A stretch of 64,000 nt of DNA from a virus (lineage: Duplodnaviria; Caudoviricetes): positions 32,001 to 96,000 of the IMG/VR virus record IMGVR_UViG_3300033073_001332; one strand, 5' to 3'. The notes beneath the pieces are model-generated. The model did not search any database. It was not told the DNA's origin and was given only the letters and a program-made list of their open reading frames with translations. The translations under genes and the position numbers were made by a program. Below are positions 27,458 through 36,368 of the stretch, one piece after another; position 1 is the stretch's first letter, and every line of letters begins with the position of its first letter.

Positions 27458-28780
27458 ATGGCCGATTTAAAACCAATTGGAAGTGAAAAACTTGAAGGTG
27501 TTGATAAATTAAGAAGGATAATGGAAATTGCCACTTATAGAGAAACTCCTAAAACAAATGTAGATAACCTGTCTACGGTAGATTATACTATACGTCTATC
27601 TGACGGAAATGTTTATGGAATTGTTAAAGAAAGACAAGGTTATATTCTAAAAAAAGGTATCAATGAATCTGAATTAGATTATTCAGAACCAATGAAAAAT
27701 AGAAAATACTATCGTTCATATTCTGAGGCTATGAAAAAATTGAATTTAATTGTAGCTGAAACAAATAGAATTACAGGTAATGAATATGAAATTCCTTTAA
27801 TCGGTGAACAACCTGAAGGAAAAAAAAAATTCGTTTTAAAAACCAATAAGAAAAAAACAGAACCTACAGATGTAGGGATGGAAACTCCTCCACCAGCACC
27901 TGAATTACCAGCAGCAGAAGCACCCGCACCTGAATTACCATCAGATGATATGGGTGGAGAAATGATGCCTGATATGGGCGGAGAAATGACACCTGAAACT
28001 GGTGATGAAATGGGTGCTGAAACAACACCTGATATGGGAGAAGAGGAACCTCCAATGGCTACCGCACCTGGTGATACTGATTTCGATACGGATGATGAAG
28101 AAGGTGGACCAAGTAACTTAAAATTAATTCAAAAACTTACAGGTAAATTAAGTCAAAAACTAAGAATGTTTGAAAAAGACAAAGGACTTGATTCACAAGA
28201 TATTAAATATGTTATGAATTCTATTATTTCTGCGATTGATTTAGGAAAATTAGATGATGATGATAGAGAAGATATCGTAAATAAACTTGAAGGTTTTGAT
28301 GAATACGGTAAAGAAGGTGAAGGCGAACTAGATTTTGGAGTTGAGGACGATTTCGATGCGGATAATGACATGGGAATGGGTGATGAAGAAATGGGTGACG
28401 AAGGAATTGGTGGTGAAGAAATGCCTGAAGAACCAATGGCACCTGAAGCAACTGAAGGTTATCAAAACGTAATGGATTCTATTTTTGGTGAATCGAAAGT
28501 AGAAAAGGTTTTATCAAATTATTTCAAAATTGAACCTGAAGAGGCTCCAATATTAGAAAACAAAAATAAATTAGATTATTTAAAAAGTAAAATCAATAAA
28601 ATAACACAAAAAGAAGAAGTGTTAAGACTTTCTATTAGTGAAAATCAAACTAAAAAGTCTTTAGTACTTTTGGAAGATTATTCAAATACTAGATTTATTG
28701 GTAAAACAAACAAAAATAATTTAATTTTTAATATTAACGGAAAAGAAGTAAAAGTCACACCAGAAGGACGAACTCTATGA
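27458..28780 (+). CDS. Acidic low-complexity protein, putative prohead core/internal protein
   Basis: D/E/G/M/P-rich tracts; located in the head module. Confidence 0.6.
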   Translation: MADLKPIGSEKLEGVDKLRRIMEIATYRETPKTNVDNLSTVDYTIRLSDGNVYGIVKERQGYILKKGINESELDYSEPMKNRKYYRSYSEAMKKLNLIVAETNRITGNEYEIPLIGEQPEGKKKFVLKTNKKKTEPTDVGMETPPPAPELPAAEAPAPELPSDDMGGEMMPDMGGEMTPETGDEMGAETTPDMGEEEPPMATAPGDTDFDTDDEEGGPSNLKLIQKLTGKLSQKLRMFEKDKGLDSQDIKYVMNSIISAIDLGKLDDDDREDIVNKLEGFDEYGKEGEGELDFGVEDDFDADNDMGMGDEEMGDEGIGGEEMPEEPMAPEATEGYQNVMDSIFGESKVEKVLSNYFKIEPEEAPILENKNKLDYLKSKINKITQKEEVLRLSISENQTKKSLVLLEDYSNTRFIGKTNKNNLIFNINGKEVKVTPEGRTL

Positions 28781-29181
28781 ATTTAGTTTTTATAAACGAA
28801 TTAGGTCCAAATTTTAGAGGAGATAATATATATGAATTTATCTTTTCAGATATTGATGACGTGCATGGTGATGAATGGGAAAGTGAGACCGCAAATGGTA
28901 AACCAACACCACCTTATGTTGAGTTTATAAAAAAAGTAGGTGTGTTAAAAAATTCAGAAATAGAATTAGAGTTAATACAAAACTCTGATTTTTTTGGAAT
29001 GTATGATGCTGTCGATGGAGTTATAGCATTAGGTTGGGAAAAACCTGATAACTACGACGGAAAAAGGTTAGTATTTCATTTTGGTGATGAATTAAAAAAT
29101 GTAGAAAATAAATTATACGAAAAAGATATCGTATTAAAATGGGAAAAAAATTTAATTAGTGATGAAAAATATGAATCCTAA
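28777..29181 (+). CDS. Hypothetical protein
   Basis: 134-aa ORF with ATGA overlap. Confidence 0.7.
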   Translation: MNLVFINELGPNFRGDNIYEFIFSDIDDVHGDEWESETANGKPTPPYVEFIKKVGVLKNSEIELELIQNSDFFGMYDAVDGVIALGWEKPDNYDGKRLVFHFGDELKNVENKLYEKDIVLKWEKNLISDEKYES

Positions 29182-29842
29182 ATTAGTTAGACTACTTCAC
29201 GAAGGGTTTTCAATTAATACATTAGAAAACTTATCAAACCAACAATTAAATGCGTTATATTCTAAACTTGTAAACGAACAACCAAAACCAGTTGAAAAAA
29301 CCGTGACTTCTAAAGTGGTAGAACTTCCTTCAGGTGCTCAAACGGTTATTGGAGGAGCTAAAGTAACTAATCAAGCAGGTAAAACGGTTATCACCACAAC
29401 ACCAAATGAAGGTGAATTAGAAGAAGATTTAGAAGACCCTATGGATTTTGAAATGGGTCAAAGAACGCAAAGACCAAAACAAGTAGGACCATCTACAGAT
29501 GATGGACAAGATAATTATGGTGATGGAATGCCTGCTGAGTCACTACAAGAAAAAGCGGTTTCAAAACAACAACAAAAAATTATGGGATTGGCTCTTTCAG
29601 TAAAAAGAGGAGATACTCCAAAATCAAAAGTTTCAAAGTCAGTCCAAAAAATGGCAAAAGAAATGTCAAAAAAAGAGCTTGAGGATTTCGCATCAACAAA
29701 ACATAAAGGATTACCAAAAACCGTAGATGAAAAAGAAGAGGTTGAGAAATTAGAAGAAAGTATTTTAAGAATTATTGAAAATCACTTACCTCCTCACACT
29801 ACAAAAGGTGAATTGTTAAACTACATTAGAAGAAACGCATAA
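29171..29842 (+). CDS. DUF3008-containing protein
   Basis: KAVSKQQQKIMGLALSVKRG...MSKKELEDFASTKHKGLP matches the DUF3008 pattern; start could also be 29162. Confidence 0.65.
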   Translation: MNPKLVRLLHEGFSINTLENLSNQQLNALYSKLVNEQPKPVEKTVTSKVVELPSGAQTVIGGAKVTNQAGKTVITTTPNEGELEEDLEDPMDFEMGQRTQRPKQVGPSTDDGQDNYGDGMPAESLQEKAVSKQQQKIMGLALSVKRGDTPKSKVSKSVQKMAKEMSKKELEDFASTKHKGLPKTVDEKEEVEKLEESILRIIENHLPPHTTKGELLNYIRRNA

Positions 29843-29845
29843 TGA

Positions 29846-31621
29846 ATGTCGTTATCAAAAGAACAAATATTATTAGAGTATGCTAAATGCGTAAACGATA
29901 CGCCTTACGCACTTAGAACTTATCTACAAACTTACGATAACACACAATCCAAATACGTACCGTTAGAATTATTTAATGACCAAGTAACGTTAGTAAAAGA
30001 CTACGATACTTGTGAAGAAAATATTGCACTTAAGTATCGTCAGGCTGGAGTATCTACCGTAACATCTGCTTGGGCATCAAAACGATTGGTATTTGCTAAA
30101 AAATCAAAACCAGAAAAAATCCTAATTATCGCTAACAAACTTGATACTGCCGTGGAAATGGCAAACAAAGTTCGTGCGTTTGTTGAACAATGGCCTTCGT
30201 GGTTAGGTGTAGGATTTTCTCCTGAAAAAAACGCAGCAAGACATTTTAAGTTAACTAATGGTTGTGAGGTAAAGGCCGTTGCAACATCAAAAGATGCCTT
30301 ACGTGGGTATACCCCGACCATTCTTATATTTGATGAGGCTGCATACATCGATGCCGATGAAGATTTCTGGTCTGCGTGTATGGCATCCCTTTCAACAGGA
30401 GGTAAAGTTATTGTAATTTCAACACCAAACGGATTTGACCCAATCTACTATTCAATTTATAGTCAAGCAATCAAGGGTATGAATGACTTCAAGATTACTG
30501 AGATGTATTGGTTCAGAGACCCTAGATATTCTAAAGATTTGAAGTTAGTGAAGTGCGAGGACATAATTCACTATATGTTAAATAGAGGTGATTACAGAGA
30601 TGAGGATATTACTTTAGATTATTCAGAAATCAAAGTATCAGACCGTGACTTTGAAGATATAAAACAAAAAATAGAAAAAGGATATAAACCATATTCGTCT
30701 TGGTTTGAAGCGATGTCAAAAAAATTAAAGTTTGACAAACGTAAGATTTCCCAAGAGTTGGAATGTAACTTTTTAGGTTCGGGGGATAATGTTGTTCCTG
30801 CTGAAACCATGAAGAAAATTAAAGAAAACCATATCCGTGAACCCGAAAACAAATTTATGGGGGGTGCCCTTTGGCAATGGAAAGAACCCGTATCAGGTCA
30901 TAGATATATTATGGGTGTGGATGTATCACGAGGTGATAGTGAAGATTTTAGTACTTTATGTATCATAGATTTTGACTCAAGAGAACAAGTTTTAGAATAT
31001 ATTGGAAAAGTTCCACCTGACGTATTAGCTGAAATTGCATATAAATGGGGTACCATGTATAACGCATTTATTGTGATAGATATCACAGGAGGTATGGGTG
31101 TTTCTACATCAAGAAAATTACAAGAATTAGGATATAAACATTTATATGTTGACGGGGTTAATCCTGCCGATAAATGGAAATGGGACCCTAAAGCTCAAGA
31201 TAAAATACCGGGGATTAACTTTAACGCGAAAAGAGTTTTAATTATACAAGCGTTTGAGGAAGCATTAAGATTTGATTTTGCATTACGTTCACAAAGGTTA
31301 TTTAATGAACTGAATACGTTTGTTTACGTAAACGGAAGACCTGACCACCAAAAAGGACAGCATGACGATTTAATCATGTCCATGGCGATGGCTATCTATG
31401 TTGGTGAGTCTTCTTTTGCTCAACTTGAGAAGGCAACTGAACAAGCTAAAGCAATGATAGAATCATGGACAACAGAAAAAAATGAATTTAGAGATTCCTC
31501 TCAAAATTTCAATCCAGGATTACCTGTTGATATGTATAACCAATATGGTATGAGTGGATATCAGGCAACAAGAAGTGATTATGAGAAGTATTTATGGTTA
31601 TTCGGTAATAGAAGAGTTTAA
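29846..31621 (+). CDS. gp17: Terminase large subunit (T4 gp17-like)
   Basis: KYRQAGVST Walker A, LIFDEAA Walker B, ISTPNG motif III, GVDVSRG and HDDL nuclease motifs. Confidence 0.95.
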   Translation: MSLSKEQILLEYAKCVNDTPYALRTYLQTYDNTQSKYVPLELFNDQVTLVKDYDTCEENIALKYRQAGVSTVTSAWASKRLVFAKKSKPEKILIIANKLDTAVEMANKVRAFVEQWPSWLGVGFSPEKNAARHFKLTNGCEVKAVATSKDALRGYTPTILIFDEAAYIDADEDFWSACMASLSTGGKVIVISTPNGFDPIYYSIYSQAIKGMNDFKITEMYWFRDPRYSKDLKLVKCEDIIHYMLNRGDYRDEDITLDYSEIKVSDRDFEDIKQKIEKGYKPYSSWFEAMSKKLKFDKRKISQELECNFLGSGDNVVPAETMKKIKENHIREPENKFMGGALWQWKEPVSGHRYIMGVDVSRGDSEDFSTLCIIDFDSREQVLEYIGKVPPDVLAEIAYKWGTMYNAFIVIDITGGMGVSTSRKLQELGYKHLYVDGVNPADKWKWDPKAQDKIPGINFNAKRVLIIQAFEEALRFDFALRSQRLFNELNTFVYVNGRPDHQKGQHDDLIMSMAMAIYVGESSFAQLEKATEQAKAMIESWTTEKNEFRDSSQNFNPGLPVDMYNQYGMSGYQATRSDYEKYLWLFGNRRV

Positions 31622-31659
31622 TTTATTACTGATGAACCTATTATTTATATAAAAAAACT

Positions 31660-33483
31660 ATGGCAGAACAAAAATATACCGTTTGGCAAAGATTGAGTAA
31701 AGTTTTCGGACCGAATGCTACTTTGGACCAACAATCGCCTGTTTTCAAATTTGATAAAAAAGAGTTACTTAAAACAACAAGTAAAAGTGAATTTGAAAAA
31801 GAAAAATTACAAGCTCAACAAACCATGTATATTGGTAAACAATGGCAAAAAGTTGAGAATAATTTATATACCCAAGCCGTTTATTACGAACCAACAAGAA
31901 TGGCGTCGTATTACGACTACGAATCAATGGAATATACACCAGAAATTTCAGCAGCGTTAGATATCTATGCTGAAGAATCTACAACACCGGATAAAGACGG
32001 GTATATGTTACAAATATACTCTGAATCAAAACGAATCAAATCAATTTTAACAGAATTATTTAACAATCGTTTGGATATTAATACAAACCTACCAATGTGG
32101 ACAAGAAACACATGTAAGTTTGGTGATAACTTTGTTTATTTAAAATTAGACCCAGAAAAAGGTATTGTTGGATGTCAACAATTACCTAACATACAAATTG
32201 AAAGGTTAGAAAAAGGAATGAGATTCCAACCTGACAAATATTCTCAAGAAATGGAAAACGACGCGTTGAAGTTTACGTGGAAAGAGAAAAACATGGAATT
32301 TAACGTTTGGGAGATAGCTCACTTTAGAATATTAGGTGATGATAGAAAATTACCTTACGGAACATCTATGTTAGAAAAGGCTCGTCGTATTTGGAAACAA
32401 CTTTTATTATCTGAAGACGCGATGTTAATCTATCGTGTATCAAGAGCACCTGAAAGAAGAGTATTTAAAGTTTTTGTTGGTAACATGGACGATAAAGATG
32501 TTGACCCATACGTACAAAGAGTTGCTAGTAAATTTAAAAGAGACCAAATTTCTGACCCAGCAACAGGGAATGTAGATATGAGATATAATCAATTGGCAGT
32601 TGACCAAGATTACTTTATCCCTGTTAGAGATGCTGCAGCAACAAACCCAATAGAAACTCTACCAGGTGGAACAAACTTAGCTGAAATTGCAGATATAGAA
32701 TATATCCAAAAGAAATTAGTTACAGCTCTTAGAATACCTAAAGCATATTTAGGATTTGAAGAAGCTGTTGGTGATGGTAAAAACTTATCATTATTAGATA
32801 TTCGTTTTGCTAGAACAATTAATAGAATTCAAAAATCTATGATTGCAGAATTAAATAAAATTGCAATTGTTCATTTATTCTTATTAGGGTATGAAGACGA
32901 ATTAACAAACTTTACATTAGCATTAACTAACCCATCTAAACAATCTGACTTATTAGGTATCGAAGTGTGGAAAGAGAAAATACTTCTTTACAAAGATGCG
33001 GTTGCGGAAATACCAAACGCTTTAGCCCCTGTATCATCTTCATGGGCTAAAAAACATATTTTAGGATTCTCTGATGAAGAAATTAGATTAGACATCCAAC
33101 AACAAAGAGTTGAAAGAGCAGTGGCGGCTGAACTTGGTAAAACTGCAGAAGTTATTACTAACACAGGTTTATTTGATAACATAGATAAGTTATATGGTAA
33201 AAAAGATGGTGCGGCACCTGCGGAAGGTGGAGAATCACCTGAAGATGGAGGGGCTCCTGATATGGGAGGAGGAGTACCACCTATGGGCGGTGAAATGCCA
33301 TCAGAACCACCAGCGCCTGAGGCAGGAGGTGCAGAATTAGCACCTGAAAGTTTTCTAAAAGATGATTTAAATTTATTATTAGAAAAGGGTCTTTTTGGAA
33401 ATGATGATTTTATGAACTTAGGTAAAGGTAGAAATTCCTTAGTTGAAATAGATGAAAGATTGAAAGATTTATTAAATGGGTAA
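31660..33483 (+). CDS. gp20: Portal protein (T4 gp20-like)
   Basis: PEISAALDIYAEE, EDAMLIYRVSRAPERRVF, IETLPGG, LRIPKAYL. Confidence 0.95.
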   Translation: MAEQKYTVWQRLSKVFGPNATLDQQSPVFKFDKKELLKTTSKSEFEKEKLQAQQTMYIGKQWQKVENNLYTQAVYYEPTRMASYYDYESMEYTPEISAALDIYAEESTTPDKDGYMLQIYSESKRIKSILTELFNNRLDINTNLPMWTRNTCKFGDNFVYLKLDPEKGIVGCQQLPNIQIERLEKGMRFQPDKYSQEMENDALKFTWKEKNMEFNVWEIAHFRILGDDRKLPYGTSMLEKARRIWKQLLLSEDAMLIYRVSRAPERRVFKVFVGNMDDKDVDPYVQRVASKFKRDQISDPATGNVDMRYNQLAVDQDYFIPVRDAAATNPIETLPGGTNLAEIADIEYIQKKLVTALRIPKAYLGFEEAVGDGKNLSLLDIRFARTINRIQKSMIAELNKIAIVHLFLLGYEDELTNFTLALTNPSKQSDLLGIEVWKEKILLYKDAVAEIPNALAPVSSSWAKKHILGFSDEEIRLDIQQQRVERAVAAELGKTAEVITNTGLFDNIDKLYGKKDGAAPAEGGESPEDGGAPDMGGGVPPMGGEMPSEPPAPEAGGAELAPESFLKDDLNLLLEKGLFGNDDFMNLGKGRNSLVEIDERLKDLLNG

Positions 33484-33504
33484 TATTTATATAAAAAACT
33501 TGAA

Positions 33505-34236
33505 ATGAATAACTTTGGAACGATTAAAAGTAAATTAGAAAGGGCGAGTGTAGACTTGTTTGGTAAAAAAGAGTTTTCATCCTTTATGAATAACTTCAAA
33601 AGGGACATTTTAGAAAACAAAGATATAAGTGAAATTTATTTTATATATGACGACCTATCTTCAAAAAAAGGTATCGCAAAAGATATTGCAACTGACTATG
33701 TAAACGAATCGATTGAATATTGCCAAATCTTAATTGAAGGTAATAGAACAAAAATTAACCAAATCGATAAATGGATTTCTGATATTATTTCTGAAGTAGA
33801 TAACTCATATAATGTAATTGATACTTTAATTTACCAAAACTCTATAAAAAATTTAGAAAGCGTTTTAGAGTGTAAGAGAAAAGTTATCTCAACAATCATA
33901 TCTGAAGAAAACAAAAAACAAGTAAAAGAATCCATTCAACTACCTATTAAAACTATGGTTAAAGTTGCTGAAGATAATATTAAAAACCAACTTGAGTCTT
34001 TAACTGAATCCGAAAGAAAAGAAATAATCTCAATAGTATCCCTATCTAATGAAGAATTAAATAAGGAATTTAATGAGTTAAAAGAAAGTGTGATTTCAAA
34101 TTTAAAAACGTCTTTAAATGAATCTAAAGAAGATGATATGAAAAGTGTTATTGATAAAACAATATCAAAAATTTCAGATTCTAAATGCACACCATACGAC
34201 GTTTACAAACTTAGAAAGTTAAATTCAGGATTATGA
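33505..34236 (+). CDS. Hypothetical head-module protein
   Basis: 243 aa; follows portal; late motif at 33484. Confidence 0.7.
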   Translation: MNNFGTIKSKLERASVDLFGKKEFSSFMNNFKRDILENKDISEIYFIYDDLSSKKGIAKDIATDYVNESIEYCQILIEGNRTKINQIDKWISDIISEVDNSYNVIDTLIYQNSIKNLESVLECKRKVISTIISEENKKQVKESIQLPIKTMVKVAEDNIKNQLESLTESERKEIISIVSLSNEELNKEFNELKESVISNLKTSLNESKEDDMKSVIDKTISKISDSKCTPYDVYKLRKLNSGL

Positions 34237-34532
34237 GTTCAAAAAAATATTTCTTCGGGTGGGGTAATATTAAAAAAGGACTAACTGAATTAATAAGAAT
34301 ATATTCACACAAACCTTCATTTTTCTCCAAAAAAAGAATTGAGTCTGGAATAGCATTTATTATTGCGCAATGGGGGATGGTTTTTTATCTTTTAAAGAAA
34401 TACCCTGATTTATCTATGACAGATATAATTATGTGGGCATCCATAGAATTTGGGATATCAGGTTATATCCTACATCAAATCCAAAAAGAAAAAAAGGTTG
34501 AGGAGCCGACCGACAAAAATCAAGAAAGTTGA
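34233..34532 (+). CDS. Small two-helix membrane protein (holin-like candidate)
   Basis: Two hydrophobic segments with charged termini. Confidence 0.5.
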   Translation: MSSKKYFFGWGNIKKGLTELIRIYSHKPSFFSKKRIESGIAFIIAQWGMVFYLLKKYPDLSMTDIIMWASIEFGISGYILHQIQKEKKVEEPTDKNQES

Positions 34533-34711
34533 TTTCTTTTTTTCTGTAAGTAAATTGCCTTATTAACCTGACTTCTTTTTTTAACCGACTTCTTTGTAAA
34601 TTCTTGTCTATCACGCAATTGCTCTGATTGTTTTGTTTTATAAACTTTGAATTTATATTGTTTCAAAGCTTGTTCAATAGACGAGGCATTTTTTACTTTA
34701 ATAATAATCAT
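34520..34711 (-). CDS. rpsU: 30S ribosomal protein bS21
   Basis: MIIIKVK...IEQALKQYKFKV....LRDRQEFTKKSVKKR...KAIYLQ, Bacteroidota-type bS21 pattern. Confidence 0.92.
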   Translation of the reverse strand: MIIIKVKNASSIEQALKQYKFKVYKTKQSEQLRDRQEFTKKSVKKRSQVNKAIYLQKKRNQLS

Positions 34712-34730
34712 ATTTTTTTTACTTTATTAA

Positions 34731-34738
34731 TATAAATA
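34731..34738 (-). promoter_or_regulatory. TATTTATA putative late promoter of bS21
   Basis: Minus-strand motif 19 nt upstream of the bS21 ATG. Confidence 0.6.
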
Positions 34739-34816
34739 TACCAAAAAAATCCATTTTTGACAATTATCTTTTTTACAACTACATTTAATAAAAAATAAAC
34801 TTGTAAGTTATGATTA

Positions 34817-35260
34817 ATGAAAAAAGGAAAAACATCAAAATTAAACATTTTTGATGATGCGAAATGTTTCTACGGAACGGTAGATTCAAAAAATATGAAA
34901 TCAATTTATGTAGTATTACAGACTTGGATAGAACCCATAACCATAGACGAAAATTGGAACAGATTAGTTGGTGAAATAAAAAGACAAATCCAACACACAC
35001 TTTTAGAAGTTATAGATACCCACACATTTGAAAGAAAACAAATAGTAGATTTAGATTTAAGGACAAGTGGAATTCAAAAGAACAAAAAAAGTTTTATGAA
35101 TTTAGAAATTACACTATTTGTTCATAATAAAACATTAGATTTCAAATCCCACATTTTAAGAGATAAAATTAAAAAAATGTTATCATCAATATATGTCGAT
35201 GATTTGAAAAACAATAAACATTTTACACTAAGTAAGACAAAAGTTGTAGAATTCAAATAA
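34817..35260 (+). CDS. Hypothetical protein
   Basis: 147-aa ORF; near-consensus TTTG-N20-TACATTTA upstream (34756-34787). Confidence 0.7.
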   Translation: MKKGKTSKLNIFDDAKCFYGTVDSKNMKSIYVVLQTWIEPITIDENWNRLVGEIKRQIQHTLLEVIDTHTFERKQIVDLDLRTSGIQKNKKSFMNLEITLFVHNKTLDFKSHILRDKIKKMLSSIYVDDLKNNKHFTLSKTKVVEFK

Positions 35261-35287
35261 CCCTAATATTTATTCATAAAAGAACTT

Positions 35288-35998
35288 ATGAGAATTTTAG
35301 GACCTAGTGATACAGGTAAAGGAATATTAGTCGAGTGGGATGCGGGGATTATTAACCCTAACGAAGCACGTAACCAAAGCGTTATTCAAGAATCTTATGG
35401 ACAATTAGAACATTCAAAACCATTTGTGTTTTATGCAACTCTACAGAAGTGGGGTGTTCCAAATAGAAACGGAAGGGTTTACCCTGAAAAAATATTAAGA
35501 AGAGAAGCTGAAAAATACCAAGATACCATTAAACGTGGTATGGCTATTTCGGAACTAAACCACCCTGAATCATCACTGATAGATTTAGATAGAGTTTCTC
35601 ACCTTATTACTGATATGTGGTGGGAAGGTAATGTTTTGATGGGTAAAATTAAATTACTTACAACACCAGGTTTCCATGAGAGAGGGGTTGTTTCATCAAA
35701 AGGTGATGTTGCAGCTAACTTAATGAGACAAGGTGTTACTATGGGTGTTTCATCTCGTGGGGTTGGTTCCTTAGTTAAAAATGGAGATAAGAATGAAGTT
35801 CAAGATGATTTTGAATTAATATGCTTTGACCTTGTATCTTCACCATCAACACCAGGTGCATATCTTTATTTGAATAAAGAAGATAGACCTAAATATGAAG
35901 AGAAGCTTGCAGAACATGACGCAACTAACTTCTCAGGTGGTGGGATGGAAAAATCTGTTGACTTAATGAAAAGATTAACCGATTATTTAGGAAGATAA
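35288..35998 (+). CDS. gp21: Prohead core protease (T4 gp21-like)
   Basis: NRNGRVYP, ELNHP, VSH, GVSSRGVGS, FDLVSSPSTPGA. Confidence 0.95.
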   Translation: MRILGPSDTGKGILVEWDAGIINPNEARNQSVIQESYGQLEHSKPFVFYATLQKWGVPNRNGRVYPEKILRREAEKYQDTIKRGMAISELNHPESSLIDLDRVSHLITDMWWEGNVLMGKIKLLTTPGFHERGVVSSKGDVAANLMRQGVTMGVSSRGVGSLVKNGDKNEVQDDFELICFDLVSSPSTPGAYLYLNKEDRPKYEEKLAEHDATNFSGGGMEKSVDLMKRLTDYLGR

Positions 35999-36008
35999 AA
36001 ATTTATAT

Positions 36009-36218
36009 ATGGACGAAAAATATTTTGTAGCAAAAATCACAACTGATATGGTTGATGATAACACAGGAAAAATTAAAAAAATTAGAGAAGAAAAACTTGT
36101 AAGAGGATTTTCACCTACAGATGTGGAAGCTAAAGTCACTAAGGCTTACGAAAGTTACTCAATGGATTGGAGAATTACTGCAATTGTTGAGAGCAAAATT
36201 GATGAGGTGATTGAATAA
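36009..36218 (+). CDS. DUF4494-like small protein
   Basis: YFVAKI...GKIKKIREEKLV...DVEAKV...ITAIVESKIDEV. Confidence 0.6.
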   Translation: MDEKYFVAKITTDMVDDNTGKIKKIREEKLVRGFSPTDVEAKVTKAYESYSMDWRITAIVESKIDEVIE

Positions 36219-36239
36219 TTTTTTTTGTTATTTTCTAAG

Positions 36240-36263
36240 AGGGAACTTCGGTTCCCTTTTTTT
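36240..36263 (+). terminator. Intrinsic terminator
   Basis: agggaac-ttcg-gttccct followed by a T run. Confidence 0.88.
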
Positions 36264-36368
36264 ATGCCTTAATTTTTTTGGGATAAAAAACCTATTATAC
36301 GAATTTTTTTGAAAGAAGGATATATTTATTTAGTAAAAATAAACGCGTAACGCATTGCATACAAAAAA

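Noticed and set aside
32988-33620. 210-aa antisense ORF over the portal 3' end, and similar antisense ORFs over clpC, scaffold and 44513-46510
   Set aside because: They overlap well-supported genes on the opposite strand and have the Ser/Phe/Leu-rich composition of antisense shadows
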